Source: Parcubacteria group bacterium | Lineage (GTDB): Bacteria; Patescibacteriota; Minisyncoccia; Moranbacterales; GCA-2747515 | Reading direction: 5' to 3' | NCBI GenBank assembly: GCA_041660065.1 | Contig: JBAZXC010000002.1 | Span: forward strand, 240,768-304,767 | Length of the DNA stretch: 64,000 nt | Shown here: one piece after another, positions 19,895 to 29,098 of the stretch | Layout: every line of letters begins with the position of its first letter | Position numbering within the stretch: the stretch's first letter is position 1 | The notes under the pieces: model-generated | Told to the model about the DNA's origin: nothing | Database searches by the model: none | The model's input: the letters and a program-made list of their open reading frames with translations, nothing else | Translations under genes and position numbers: made by a program

Positions 19895-20656
19895 ATGAAA
19901 AAGAAATTAATCCTGAAAATTGGGACATCAACCCTTACAGCTGGCACAAATAGAATTTCATACGCAAAAATTGAAGATGTCGCAAGGCAAATAATTGCGC
20001 TAAAAAATGATTATGATTTTGTTTTGGTTTCTTCCGGAGCCATTGCAACCGCAAAACAATTTGTTGAAATTAACGGATACAATAAACAAGTAGACTCAAA
20101 ACAGGCAATGTCCGCGATAGGACAGCCCAAATTAATGAAAATCTATGATGAAATTTTCAGTAGCTTTGGACTAAATATTGCACAATGCCTTATGACTTAT
20201 AGAGATTTTGAAGATAAAACAGCCAAAATAAACACCAAAAATACGATCAATAAACTTTTAGAGCACAACTATATCCCTATCATAAATGAAAATGATACAG
20301 TGGCGATTGAAGAAATTGTTTTGGGAGATAATGATAAATTATCAGCTCTTGTCGCAACAATTACGGATGCTGATTTATTGATCATCGCATCAGATATTGA
20401 TGGATTATATGACCAAAATCCGCACCTTAACAAAGAAGCAAAGTTCATCAAAGAGGTAAGGGATTTAAAACATGTTGCCTCTTTTGCTAAAGAAAAAAAA
20501 TCTGATCTCGGGACAGGAGGAATGACATCTAAAATTCAAGCTGCAGAAATTTGTAAAGAAAATAAAATCGAGATGTGGATTGTTAATGGAGGGAAAAACA
20601 ATTTTTTGATTGATGCTCTTCATGATAAAATACCTTTTACAAAATTTAGGTTTTAA
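19895..20656 (+). CDS. proB: Glutamate 5-kinase (no PUA domain)
   Basis: LILKIGTSTLT...VLVSSGAIATAKQ amino-acid kinase motifs. 253 aa. Confidence 0.85.
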   Translation: MKKKLILKIGTSTLTAGTNRISYAKIEDVARQIIALKNDYDFVLVSSGAIATAKQFVEINGYNKQVDSKQAMSAIGQPKLMKIYDEIFSSFGLNIAQCLMTYRDFEDKTAKINTKNTINKLLEHNYIPIINENDTVAIEEIVLGDNDKLSALVATITDADLLIIASDIDGLYDQNPHLNKEAKFIKEVRDLKHVASFAKEKKSDLGTGGMTSKIQAAEICKENKIEMWIVNGGKNNFLIDALHDKIPFTKFRF

Positions 20657-20659
20657 AAT

Positions 20660-21433
20660 ATGAAACACGGTTTTATAGGATTTGGAAACTTAGCAAAAGC
20701 AGTTCATCAAGGTTTAAAAAGCAATAAGGAACATTCTTTTGCCTATACATCCAAAAGTAATTCATTCGCGGAAATTCAATCATTTGAAAATCTATCGCAA
20801 TTAACTTCTTTTGCGGATGTAATTTGGTTATGTGTCAAGCCTCAAAATCTTACAGAGGTATTGACGCAACTTAAAAACATTGACCTTAAAAATAAGATTA
20901 TTATATCTCCTGTCGCAGGAAAGAGCATTGGTGTTATTGAAAATTATTTGGGTAAAAATGTAACCATAGTAAGAATTATGCCAAATCTTGCTATTGCATA
21001 CAAAAAATCAGTAATAGCATATTGTGCAAATGCGAAACATCACAGGCTTTTAAAATCACTAAAAAAAGATTTATTGACATTGGGTAAAGTAGTGGAATTA
21101 CAGGAAGGACATTATGATTTATTTACTGCAATTTTTGGAAGTGGTCCAGCATTTTTATTAGCAATACTACAAACACTTAAAAATAAAATAAGCGAATTGG
21201 GAATATCAGATCAAGAAGCCAATGATCTACTAATAGAATTGATAATTGGCACTACGACTTATTTTCAAAAAAATTGTACTAAAAAAAGTATTGATGACTT
21301 AATAAAAAACGTTACAAGCAAAGGAGGTACGACAGAGGCTGGATTGAACTATATCAAGAAAAATAATCTAAATAAGTTGTTTGAAAATGTTATCATTGAG
21401 GCCCAAAAAAAATCTAAAGAGATGAATACGTAA
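20660..21433 (+). CDS. proC: Pyrroline-5-carboxylate reductase
   Basis: N-terminal Rossmann IGFGNLAKAV and a C-terminal P5CR dimerisation region (GSGPAFLL...TSKGGTTEAGL). Confidence 0.85.
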   Translation: MKHGFIGFGNLAKAVHQGLKSNKEHSFAYTSKSNSFAEIQSFENLSQLTSFADVIWLCVKPQNLTEVLTQLKNIDLKNKIIISPVAGKSIGVIENYLGKNVTIVRIMPNLAIAYKKSVIAYCANAKHHRLLKSLKKDLLTLGKVVELQEGHYDLFTAIFGSGPAFLLAILQTLKNKISELGISDQEANDLLIELIIGTTTYFQKNCTKKSIDDLIKNVTSKGGTTEAGLNYIKKNNLNKLFENVIIEAQKKSKEMNT

Positions 21434-21446
21434 GGAATTTTTGACC

Positions 21447-21538
21447 TAGCAGGAGCAGGTTTGTAACCTGCTCCTCTTTTTTTAAAAAAAGAAAAGCTCT
21501 CCTGTAGATGCCAATGGAGAATTTAGATAAAAAAATAC
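21447..21538. repeat. Repeat T copy 1: ~90-bp terminator module (bidirectional terminator hairpin plus second hairpin), duplicated at 24457..24548
   Basis: AGGAGCAGGTTTGTAACCTGCTCCT followed by T and A runs, then AAAAGCTCTCCTG...CAATGGAGAATTTAGATAAAAAAA. Confidence 0.75.
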
Positions 21539-21557
21539 CCATAAAATATGTATACGT

Positions 21558-21626
21558 GCTTTAAAATTTGCAGAAAACATGCTACATTTGCACTGTGTGT
21601 TAATAGGTGTTTTGCAACACCAAAAG
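21558..21626. repeat. Repeat A copy 2 (promoter-like element)
   Basis: GCTTTAAAATTTGCAGAAAACATGCTACATTTGCACTGTGTGTTAATAGGTGTTTTGCAACACCAAAAG. Confidence 0.7.
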
Positions 21627-21693
21627 TTCGCGTAACATACAAATTTTGGCTTTTATACGATTGAAGTTCACTTAATAACCAGTTATGAAAAAT

Positions 21694-21715
21694 AATTTTG
21701 GCCACAATTTTTTAT
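21694..21715. repeat. Left arm of a 22-bp perfect inverted repeat flanking the oxidoreductase gene
   Basis: AATTTTGGCCACAATTTTTTAT is the exact reverse complement of 22961..22982. Confidence 0.8.
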
Positions 21716-21735
21716 TTTTTTAATTCAATACATTT

Positions 21736-22953
21736 ATGTTAAAGATAGCTCTGTTCGGTTGTGGAGGTTTTGCTAAAAATCACATTAAGGAGCTGTCAAA
21801 GCGAGACGATGTAATTGTGCAATATTTTATAGACCCATCAGCTGAAAATAGAAATTCCTTGGGAAATATTTATAATACTGAAAAAGACATCGTTCCATCA
21901 GGATTTGATAGTTTGGATGAATTTCTTTCTTCCAACCCAGAATTTGACGCGGCTATTATCGTTTCTCCGCCAAAAACACATTTTGAAATAGCCTCAGCTA
22001 TAATAAAAATGGGGAAATCAGTTTATGTTGAGAAGCCATTTACAGTCGATACAGAAGAAGCAAAAAAGCTTTGTCGGCAGGCAAAAGAAAAAAATGTTGA
22101 AATTGAGATTGGCGCTAATAGATGCGTGTTTCCAGCTTACAGAGCAGCGGCCAAAGCATTACGAGAAGGAAGAATTGGAGATTATAAGGCAGTATCTATG
22201 TATTATAGACATAACTGGGAAGGAAACACACAAAATAATTGGAGGCAAAACTCTTCTGAGCCAGCTGCCGGACTTCTCGCCGACCATAGCCCCCATTACA
22301 GTCATTTTCTATTTACTGACTTAGGATTTAGGCCTAACGAAATTAGACACATGGGAACTAGATTTAATGAGCATGGAGTCGATGTTGACATTTGTTATGG
22401 AATGATGGATGAAGCTGGAAGAGCTGCTTATGTTGTTATGGATGGATCACCTTCCGATGATCACAGAGAAGAAGTGATTAAAATTTATGGAAGTGAAGGA
22501 ATTATTAAAATAAGATTTGAAGGCAAATCCAGTAGCGCCTATATCGAAAAGGATGGCAAGGAGGAAAAAATTGAGATTGATAGCGCTCTTGAAGAAATAA
22601 AATCATTGGGAATAAAGGATTTTAAAAGCCATCCTGCCTTGATACATAATTTCGTTGCCTTATTAAATGGCGAGGTGCAAAAAAATGCAAATCCAGGCAG
22701 AGAAGGAATTATGCCAATTTATTTAACAGAATTAGTTGAGAAATCAAGAGGAAAAACGAAAGAAGATTCATTATCAAAAGAAGAATTACAAGAACTTTCC
22801 GAACAAGTTAATGATAATGGCGAATTGGATATCGAAAAAATGAAAGAGTTTTTTAATAGAGGCAAAGAGATGAAAGTCGATAGCAGTATTATTGGAAATG
22901 AGTCGCAAGAAAATACAACACGAAATGAAATAAATAGAAGATTTTTAAGATAA
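21736..22953 (+). CDS. Gfo/Idh/MocA-family NAD(P)-dependent oxidoreductase with acidic C-terminal extension
   Basis: N-terminal Rossmann IALFGCGGFAKNH. Family-consensus EKP motif (VYVEKPFTVDTEEAKKL). Confidence 0.8.
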   Translation: MLKIALFGCGGFAKNHIKELSKRDDVIVQYFIDPSAENRNSLGNIYNTEKDIVPSGFDSLDEFLSSNPEFDAAIIVSPPKTHFEIASAIIKMGKSVYVEKPFTVDTEEAKKLCRQAKEKNVEIEIGANRCVFPAYRAAAKALREGRIGDYKAVSMYYRHNWEGNTQNNWRQNSSEPAAGLLADHSPHYSHFLFTDLGFRPNEIRHMGTRFNEHGVDVDICYGMMDEAGRAAYVVMDGSPSDDHREEVIKIYGSEGIIKIRFEGKSSSAYIEKDGKEEKIEIDSALEEIKSLGIKDFKSHPALIHNFVALLNGEVQKNANPGREGIMPIYLTELVEKSRGKTKEDSLSKEELQELSEQVNDNGELDIEKMKEFFNRGKEMKVDSSIIGNESQENTTRNEINRRFLR

Positions 22954-22960
22954 ATAGGTT

Positions 22961-22982
22961 ATAAAAAATTGTGGCCAAAATT
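22961..22982. repeat. Right arm of the 22-bp perfect inverted repeat
   Basis: ATAAAAAATTGTGGCCAAAATT. Confidence 0.8.
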
Positions 22983-23025
22983 ACATCCGATAACACCAAG
23001 TATCTGGCTCCTCTAAAAAACAATT

Positions 23026-23892
23026 ATGAATTTTGAAATCAAAAATACGGCAGAAGTTCCAAAGGATGTTGAGACTGAAAAAAAGAAACTGTTCGCTCAG
23101 ACAACGGTCTACATCAATGCTGGCGGAAGAGGAACGCGGTTAGAATCAATTTTTCCAAAAGGTCCATCAGGTGTGACCAAAGCCCTCATTGATTTTAATG
23201 GCAAGCCAATGGTCAAAAATCACACAGACCTTTTGTCTGAATTGGGTTTTAAAAATATTATTGTCGGCGCCGGTGATCATTTGGATATCAAAGAATACTA
23301 TGCCGGACAAGAAAATGAAAGACTACGGGTTGCAAACACAGAAACGCAAGAAGACACTGGCGGTGATTTGATCAAGGCTATACGCGAAACGGAAAATAAT
23401 GGAAAAAATGTCCTCGTCGAAAATGTTGATACCGTGTTGTATGTAAAAAATTTAGTGGATCTGTTGGCGCAACACGAAAAATCAGATGCCACTGCGACAA
23501 TTGTATTAACCACAAAAAAAGGTGTCCCAAATGAAGAAGCTTTTTTTGTTGATAAAAATGGCAGGGTGATTTTTAGCAGAGAAGCAAGACAAGAGCATGC
23601 TTTGGTGGAACCAGAACAATGGACGGGCTTTAAGGCAAGCAGTACCGGCACCGTCATTTTTAAAACAGATTTTTTGCGATCATACGATTGGCAACCGGGA
23701 CAAGAGCCGTTATCAGCGTACAGAGATCTGATCCCTGAATTGATCAAGCGAGGAGAATTGTTTGCTTATAATAATGAAAATAATCTTTTTACAGACACCG
23801 GCACACCAGAAAAATATCATCAAATCAAAAGACATGAAAAAAAATTATTCGGGGCATTGGAAAAAAAGTACCTAGATCAAGATAAAAAATAA
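23026..23892 (+). CDS. Sugar-phosphate nucleotidyltransferase (NTP_transferase family)
   Basis: YINAGGRGTRLESIFPKGPSGVTKALIDFNGKPMV: G-x-G-T-R-L signature of nucleotidyl-sugar pyrophosphorylases. Confidence 0.8.
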   Translation: MNFEIKNTAEVPKDVETEKKKLFAQTTVYINAGGRGTRLESIFPKGPSGVTKALIDFNGKPMVKNHTDLLSELGFKNIIVGAGDHLDIKEYYAGQENERLRVANTETQEDTGGDLIKAIRETENNGKNVLVENVDTVLYVKNLVDLLAQHEKSDATATIVLTTKKGVPNEEAFFVDKNGRVIFSREARQEHALVEPEQWTGFKASSTGTVIFKTDFLRSYDWQPGQEPLSAYRDLIPELIKRGELFAYNNENNLFTDTGTPEKYHQIKRHEKKLFGALEKKYLDQDKK

Positions 23893-23896
23893 AGTT

Positions 23897-24433
23897 ATGG
23901 CAAACAAAATCAAAAAATGGGAAGAGCTTTCACGTGAAATTGTTTTTCAAAAGTATAGTCGAAAAATTGAAAAGGTTGTTTTTCGCATGCCTGATGGGAA
24001 AGAAAACGAATTTTATATCAAAAAAGAAGGACCCTCTGTAGGAATATTGGCATTAACCAAAAACAACGAGGCTATTTTAGTAAAACAATTTCGCCCAGGG
24101 CCAAATGAGATTTTAAATGAATTGCCTGGCGGTTATGTGGACAAAGACGAAACCCCGGAACAAGCTGCCGAAAGAGAATTGCTTGAAGAAACAGGCTACA
24201 GAGGCAAGGCCACATTAGTTACGGAAGCTTTTGATTGTGCATATTCAACCATGCGACGTTATTGCGTTGTCGTGACTGAATGCGAAAAAGTTACTGAACA
24301 AAAATTAGATCAGACTGAATTTATGGAAGTGATATTATCTTCATTGGAAGATTTTAAGATTATGTTGCGAACTGGAAAAAATACAGATATTGAAATTGGA
24401 TTTTTAGGACTCGACTATTTGAAATTATTATAA
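23897..24433 (+). CDS. NUDIX hydrolase
   Basis: Nudix box GGYVDKDETPEQAAERELLEETGY. Confidence 0.85.
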   Translation: MANKIKKWEELSREIVFQKYSRKIEKVVFRMPDGKENEFYIKKEGPSVGILALTKNNEAILVKQFRPGPNEILNELPGGYVDKDETPEQAAERELLEETGYRGKATLVTEAFDCAYSTMRRYCVVVTECEKVTEQKLDQTEFMEVILSSLEDFKIMLRTGKNTDIEIGFLGLDYLKLL

Positions 24434-24456
24434 AAATCACACTTTGTAAAAGACTT

Positions 24457-24548
24457 CATCAGGAGCAGGTTTGTAACCTGCTCCTTCATTTTTTATAAAA
24501 AAAGAAAAACTCTCCTGCACGTGTCAATGGAGAATTTAAATAAAAAAA
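24457..24548. repeat. Repeat T copy 2 (terminator module)
   Basis: AGGAGCAGGTTTGTAACCTGCTCCT hairpin followed by T and A runs, then AAAAACTCTCCTG...CAATGGAGAATTTAAATAAAAAAA. Confidence 0.75.
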
Positions 24549-24599
24549 GCGTCAAGGAATATTGTTTCCTTGACGCTTGATGCAGGACCGACCTTTGAA

Positions 24600-24806
24600 T
24601 CACCGTTCAAACTCCTCAATGGCTCTTTTGACAGTGTACTGAGCGCTGAGATTATTGATTATCACAATTTTATCCAAATATGCACTTGCAAATTGAAACA
24701 TGTGATGTATATCAGGAATGACCGTGTCCATCGTAACTTCTTTCTCGTCAACCCCCAGTTGTCTTGCTGTAGATTTTATCACATAATCCACCACCGTTGT
24801 ATTACT
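24600..24806 (-). CDS. Hypothetical small protein
   Basis: Strong SD AAAAAGGAGGatgtcaATG selects the MSNTTVV start. About 68 aa. No motif recognised. Confidence 0.5.
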   Translation of the reverse strand, partial: SNTTVVDYVIKSTARQLGVDEKEVTMDTVIPDIHHMFQFASAYLDKIVIINNLSAQYTVKRAIEEFER

Positions 24807-24957
24807 CATTGACATCCTCCTTTTTGATAAAATACATTTCATTTAACAGAAATTCAGAGATCGTACATGATTTCAACACTATCATCCTGTAAAAAGAACT
24901 TCCAGATAGTATACATCGTTTCAGCAAGAGGTCAACAACACATTTCAGCGAATTCTT

Positions 24958-26484
24958 CTATTTCGGGCGATATTGCAATGCTTCGGCGATGTGTTTGACT
25001 GTGATATTTTCCTCTCCTTCCAAGTCCGCGATCGTGCGGGCGAGTTTGATCATGCGGTAGTATGCACGAGCGCTGAGGTCCAGTCTTTCTGCCGCGTCAC
25101 GCAAAAGTTTTTTAGACGGTGCGTCTAGCACACAGTGCTTTTTAAGCATGCGTTGATCCATTTCTGCATTGATAGCACCTGTTGTCGCAAATCGCTTGTG
25201 TTGCATCAATCGTGCACGCTCCACGCGTTTTCTGATATGCGTGCTTTCTTCACTGTAGTCTTCCCCGTCCAACTTATTGACCGCGATACGTGGCACGTCC
25301 ACATGCATATCGATGCGATCCAGGATCGGCCCGGAGATCTTTTGTGTATAACGGATCACTTGTGACGGCGTGCATGTACATTCTTTTTGTGGATCAGTCG
25401 CAAATCCGCACGGGCACGGATTCATCGCCGCCACGAGGATAAAATTTGCCGGAAACGTAACGGATGATTTGGCACGTGCGATCGTCACGATGCCATCTTC
25501 CAATGGCTGACGCAAATTTTCCAGTACGGCACGCGGAAATTCAGCAAACTCATCGAGAAAAAGCACCCCGCGATGCGCCAGCGTGATCTCTCCCGGCTTG
25601 GGATTTGTGCCACCACCGATGAGCGATACTGCTGACGAACTGTGATGCGGCGAACGAAACTGCCTCAATGTGATCAATTGTTGATTGCCGGAAAGCAATC
25701 CTGCTATAGAATAAATCTTTGTAATATCGAGAATTTCTTTTTTTGACAAGCGTGGCAGGATCGTGACAAATGTCTTGGCAAGCAACGTCTTGCCGGAGCC
25801 AGGTGGTCCGTGAAAGATCACATTATGTCCACCGGCGGCGGCAATTTCCAATGCGCGTTTTGCATGTTCGTGTCCTTTGATATATTTGAAATCATATGAA
25901 CCGATCACTGTCTCATCATCACTGACGTCGACATCAACTCTCTGTGCCGGAGCAATGATTTCCCGTCCACTCAAATGCATCACCAACTGACGCAGATCAT
26001 GCACAGGGATCACATCGATCCCGTCCACAGCTGTTGCTTCTTGTACGTTTTTTTCCGGCACATAAATCTCCGCAAAGCCTTGATCTTTGGCAAAAATCGT
26101 GATCGGCAACACACCATTGATCGCACGCACACTACCGTCCAATGCCAATTCACCGATAAACATTTTATTGTCTGTATTGCACACAAGCTGTCCTGTCGCA
26201 GACAAAAACCCGATCGCAATCGGCACATCATAGATTGGACTGGATTTTTGCAGATCGGCCGGTGCCAGATTGACCGTAATGCGACCACACTGGTGGGGTG
26301 GCTTGAAACCGCTATTTTTTACCGCACTGGATACGCGATCACGAGACTCTTTGACTGCTGTGTCTGGCAGTCCCACGAGAGTAAAGTTATGCAATCCACT
26401 GCTAAGCACGTCCACTTCGATCTCCACGATCGCTCCCGCAAGTCCGATCGTTGCTGCAGAAATAATTTTTGATGGCATGAGCAA
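24958..26484 (-). CDS. YifB/ComM-family Mg-chelatase-like AAA+ ATPase
   Basis: 508 aa. Lon-like N-terminal domain. Walker A GPPGSGKT. Sensor/arginine-finger region ...GVLFLDEFAEF... Confidence 0.9.
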   Translation of the reverse strand: MLMPSKIISAATIGLAGAIVEIEVDVLSSGLHNFTLVGLPDTAVKESRDRVSSAVKNSGFKPPHQCGRITVNLAPADLQKSSPIYDVPIAIGFLSATGQLVCNTDNKMFIGELALDGSVRAINGVLPITIFAKDQGFAEIYVPEKNVQEATAVDGIDVIPVHDLRQLVMHLSGREIIAPAQRVDVDVSDDETVIGSYDFKYIKGHEHAKRALEIAAAGGHNVIFHGPPGSGKTLLAKTFVTILPRLSKKEILDITKIYSIAGLLSGNQQLITLRQFRSPHHSSSAVSLIGGGTNPKPGEITLAHRGVLFLDEFAEFPRAVLENLRQPLEDGIVTIARAKSSVTFPANFILVAAMNPCPCGFATDPQKECTCTPSQVIRYTQKISGPILDRIDMHVDVPRIAVNKLDGEDYSEESTHIRKRVERARLMQHKRFATTGAINAEMDQRMLKKHCVLDAPSKKLLRDAAERLDLSARAYYRMIKLARTIADLEGEENITVKHIAEALQYRPK

Positions 26485-26546
26485 AATGTAAACAAATTAC
26501 ACAAACATAGTTTTCTATCATATTGCGGAGCCCGGCAAAAGTCAAT

Positions 26547-26981
26547 TTATGACTTTCGCATCGTCTGCCAAAGCAAGAAACCTGCGCCAACAGTTATAAG
26601 CGCATCCGCAAAGTTAAAAGAAGAAATATTCAAAAACGGCATATAATCGATCACACAACCATATCGTATGCGATCGATCACATTGCCGATTGCCCCCGCA
26701 AAAATAAGGACGAATGCTATTTGTATGATAAATCGTGCCTTCATCATTGTGCGCCAGTACATGCTCAAAGCAACAATGATGACTAGCCACAAAATAATAA
26801 AAAAGATTTGGGGGAGTTGCACACTAAAAGCTACTCCTCGATTGCACAAATACGCCACACGTCCGACAACAAACACTTTGATCACTTGATCCACAATGAC
26901 CAAAAAAAACAAAACACCGATCCCGCAGAAAAAACTGCGAAATCGATGCCATTGCATTTCTCGTATCTTATGCGCGAACAT
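26547..26981 (-). CDS. lspA: Lipoprotein signal peptidase (signal peptidase II)
   Basis: Conserved NRGVAFS and VIDYMPFLNISSFNFADALI boxes in a four-TM topology. Confidence 0.9.
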   Translation of the reverse strand: MFAHKIREMQWHRFRSFFCGIGVLFFLVIVDQVIKVFVVGRVAYLCNRGVAFSVQLPQIFFIILWLVIIVALSMYWRTMMKARFIIQIAFVLIFAGAIGNVIDRIRYGCVIDYMPFLNISSFNFADALITVGAGFLLWQTMRKS

Positions 26982-27321
26982 TTGTGCGTGCTGCAGGATA
27001 AGCTTTCAATCGATCGAGATTGATCTCTTCTCCTGTTTCTTCATCGGTGCCGTACGTGCCTTTTTCCATTTTTTCCAACGCATCAATCACATCCTTCAAT
27101 TGTGTTTCCAGAGATTGTTCCACTGCGAGATTATCTACATACTGCTCTACTTCTGTGGCATTTTCTTCATCATGCTCGCCCAAATTCTCAGAAAAAGTCG
27201 TCTCGTAGTCTCCTTTCTCATTTTGCTTTTTTCCCAGCCGTGCCAATTCACCATCCAATTGCGCTTTTTCTGCAATCAGCATTTCTTTCAATTCTTGCAT
27301 CGTTTTATCATCAATTGCCAT
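26968..27321 (-). CDS. DksA/TraR-like protein lacking the four zinc-finger cysteines
   Basis: Coiled-coil N-terminus with acidic tip. C-terminal YGTDEETGEEINLDRLKAYPAARTNV aligns to the DksA C4 finger (YGxCExCGxEI...RLxAxPxAxxCxxC), with all four Cys replaced by Thr/Asp/Val. Confidence 0.6.
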   Translation of the reverse strand: MAIDDKTMQELKEMLIAEKAQLDGELARLGKKQNEKGDYETTFSENLGEHDEENATEVEQYVDNLAVEQSLETQLKDVIDALEKMEKGTYGTDEETGEEINLDRLKAYPAARTNVRA

Positions 27322-27456
27322 ATTTCTTTAGTTTAAAGTTTAAAGTTTATAAAGTTTCAGCCAACAGCTGATTTGACTTTGACGGAAAAAGTATATCATT
27401 CCTTTCCGTTTTTAACCCCATAACACATGTAGTGTATCAAATCAAAGAAAAACTGT

Positions 27457-27858
27457 CTAGAAATAGATATTTTTTATGTGTGTAACATTATGCACTTTTC
27501 CATCTTTGATGATCACAGAGATCGCATCCATACGCCAATTTTTTTGCCACAGATCAAAAGATTTGACATAACATTCTGCCACACGTTGCATTTTGCGTAA
27601 TTTGCTTTGCGTGATTTGCTCTTCGGGCAAAACGAAATCTTGTACATGATCCACGACACGCGTTTTTACCTCCACAAAAACGATCTCGCCATCTTTTGCC
27701 TGCGCCACAATGTCGATCTCGCCCAATCTTTTCCCTTTGAAGTTATACCAATTTTTATGCAAAATTTTGTATCCCTGTTTTTTGAGATATTTTACAGCAA
27801 GATCCTCACCCAGTGTACCCACAGATTTTTTTTCCTTTCTCCACAAAAACATCACCAT
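27457..27858 (-). CDS. YraN-family (UPF0102) endonuclease
   Basis: LGEDLAVKYLKKQGYKILHKN...GEIDIVAQAKDGEIVFVEVKTR. Confidence 0.85.
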   Translation of the reverse strand: MVMFLWRKEKKSVGTLGEDLAVKYLKKQGYKILHKNWYNFKGKRLGEIDIVAQAKDGEIVFVEVKTRVVDHVQDFVLPEEQITQSKLRKMQRVAECYVKSFDLWQKNWRMDAISVIIKDGKVHNVTHIKNIYF

Positions 27859-27881
27859 TTACCTTTTAGAAAATCACCATC

Positions 27882-28226
27882 TCACAGTAATTCTTGCCAT
27901 TCATCAGGATCTTCTCTGCGACATATATAATATTCTCGTTGCAAATATGCCAGGTCTTCTTTTGCCCCATTCAATATTTTGTCGCTCACATTCTTTTCGT
28001 CTTTTTGTGCCAAATCGATCATGATGGCCAATGTAGTAAAATAATTGTCCAATCTCACACACACATCCACATCCCGCTTTCTCCTTCTGGCAATCTCTTC
28101 GCTATCAGAGAATTCAACAGCACAATCGCGGACAAACATTTCCGCAAAGAATGACGGCACGCCTATTGCATCGCGACTGATTACACTACAATCACATATC
28201 TTATAGGGAAGAACCTGCTTTTTCAT
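27882..28226 (-). CDS. Hypothetical protein
   Basis: 114 aa. No recognised motif. Confidence 0.35.
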   Translation of the reverse strand: MKKQVLPYKICDCSVISRDAIGVPSFFAEMFVRDCAVEFSDSEEIARRRKRDVDVCVRLDNYFTTLAIMIDLAQKDEKNVSDKILNGAKEDLAYLQREYYICRREDPDEWQELL

Positions 28227-28240
28227 ATTATTATTTATTA

Positions 28241-28966
28241 CTATTTAATGATCTTATAAGAATCTTTTGCAATGATGATGTGATCCAATAATTCTATGCC
28301 CAAAATTTTTCCCGCCTCCACCAGCTGTTTTGTAATAGCAATATCGCTTTCTGACGGCGTTGGATCACCGGACGGATGATTGTGCGCAACAATGACTGCC
28401 GCGGCAGAATACTCGATCGCCGGCTTAAAAACCTCCCGCGGATGCACAACATTTGCTGTTAAACTACCGACAGAAATAGTTTCATCATGGATCACTTTGA
28501 AATGGCTATTGAGATAAATGCCCCGAAAGTGTTCTTTGGGCAAACGTCCGATCTCCTTCAGATATTCAAATGCTTCTTTCGCTGTGCGAATTTGCGCCAA
28601 TCCATTTTCATTTTTTTGAAAAAAGCGCCTGCCCAATTCAAACGTAGCAACGATCTGACACGCTTTTGCCAATGGAATGTCTAGACCACCGTTGATCTTT
28701 TTTGGATTTTTGTTGTTGGCAAGTGTCTTTTCTCCATATTCTTTTAAGATTCTTTCCGACATTACAAAAACCTCTTCCTTTTTTGTCCCTGTCCCCAAAA
28801 CAACAGCCAACAACTCCACACATGAAAGCGCCTCGACGCCATCGCTTAATAATTTTTCACGTGGCTTATCCTCCGGCAACATGTCTCTGATCTTGAGAAC
28901 ATATTTTTTTTCCTGAGAATCTTCCATGATCATATCCTGATCTTTTAGTGTGTATTTTTTCATCAA
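28241..28966 (-). CDS. radC: RadC-family JAB/MPN domain protein (UPF0758)
   Basis: HhH N-terminal region. JAMM motif HNHPSGDPTPSESD. Confidence 0.9.
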   Translation of the reverse strand: MMKKYTLKDQDMIMEDSQEKKYVLKIRDMLPEDKPREKLLSDGVEALSCVELLAVVLGTGTKKEEVFVMSERILKEYGEKTLANNKNPKKINGGLDIPLAKACQIVATFELGRRFFQKNENGLAQIRTAKEAFEYLKEIGRLPKEHFRGIYLNSHFKVIHDETISVGSLTANVVHPREVFKPAIEYSAAAVIVAHNHPSGDPTPSESDIAITKQLVEAGKILGIELLDHIIIAKDSYKIIK

Positions 28967-29098
28967 AAAATTTTATTTTAAAATAGGCGCATTCATTTTA
29001 ACAATCAAACTATCCCCAGTCAATTATTCGTTCATATTGCGTTAATGTTTCTCGCCACATTATTTTTCAAACAAAAAAATACGTGAATTATTTCATTA

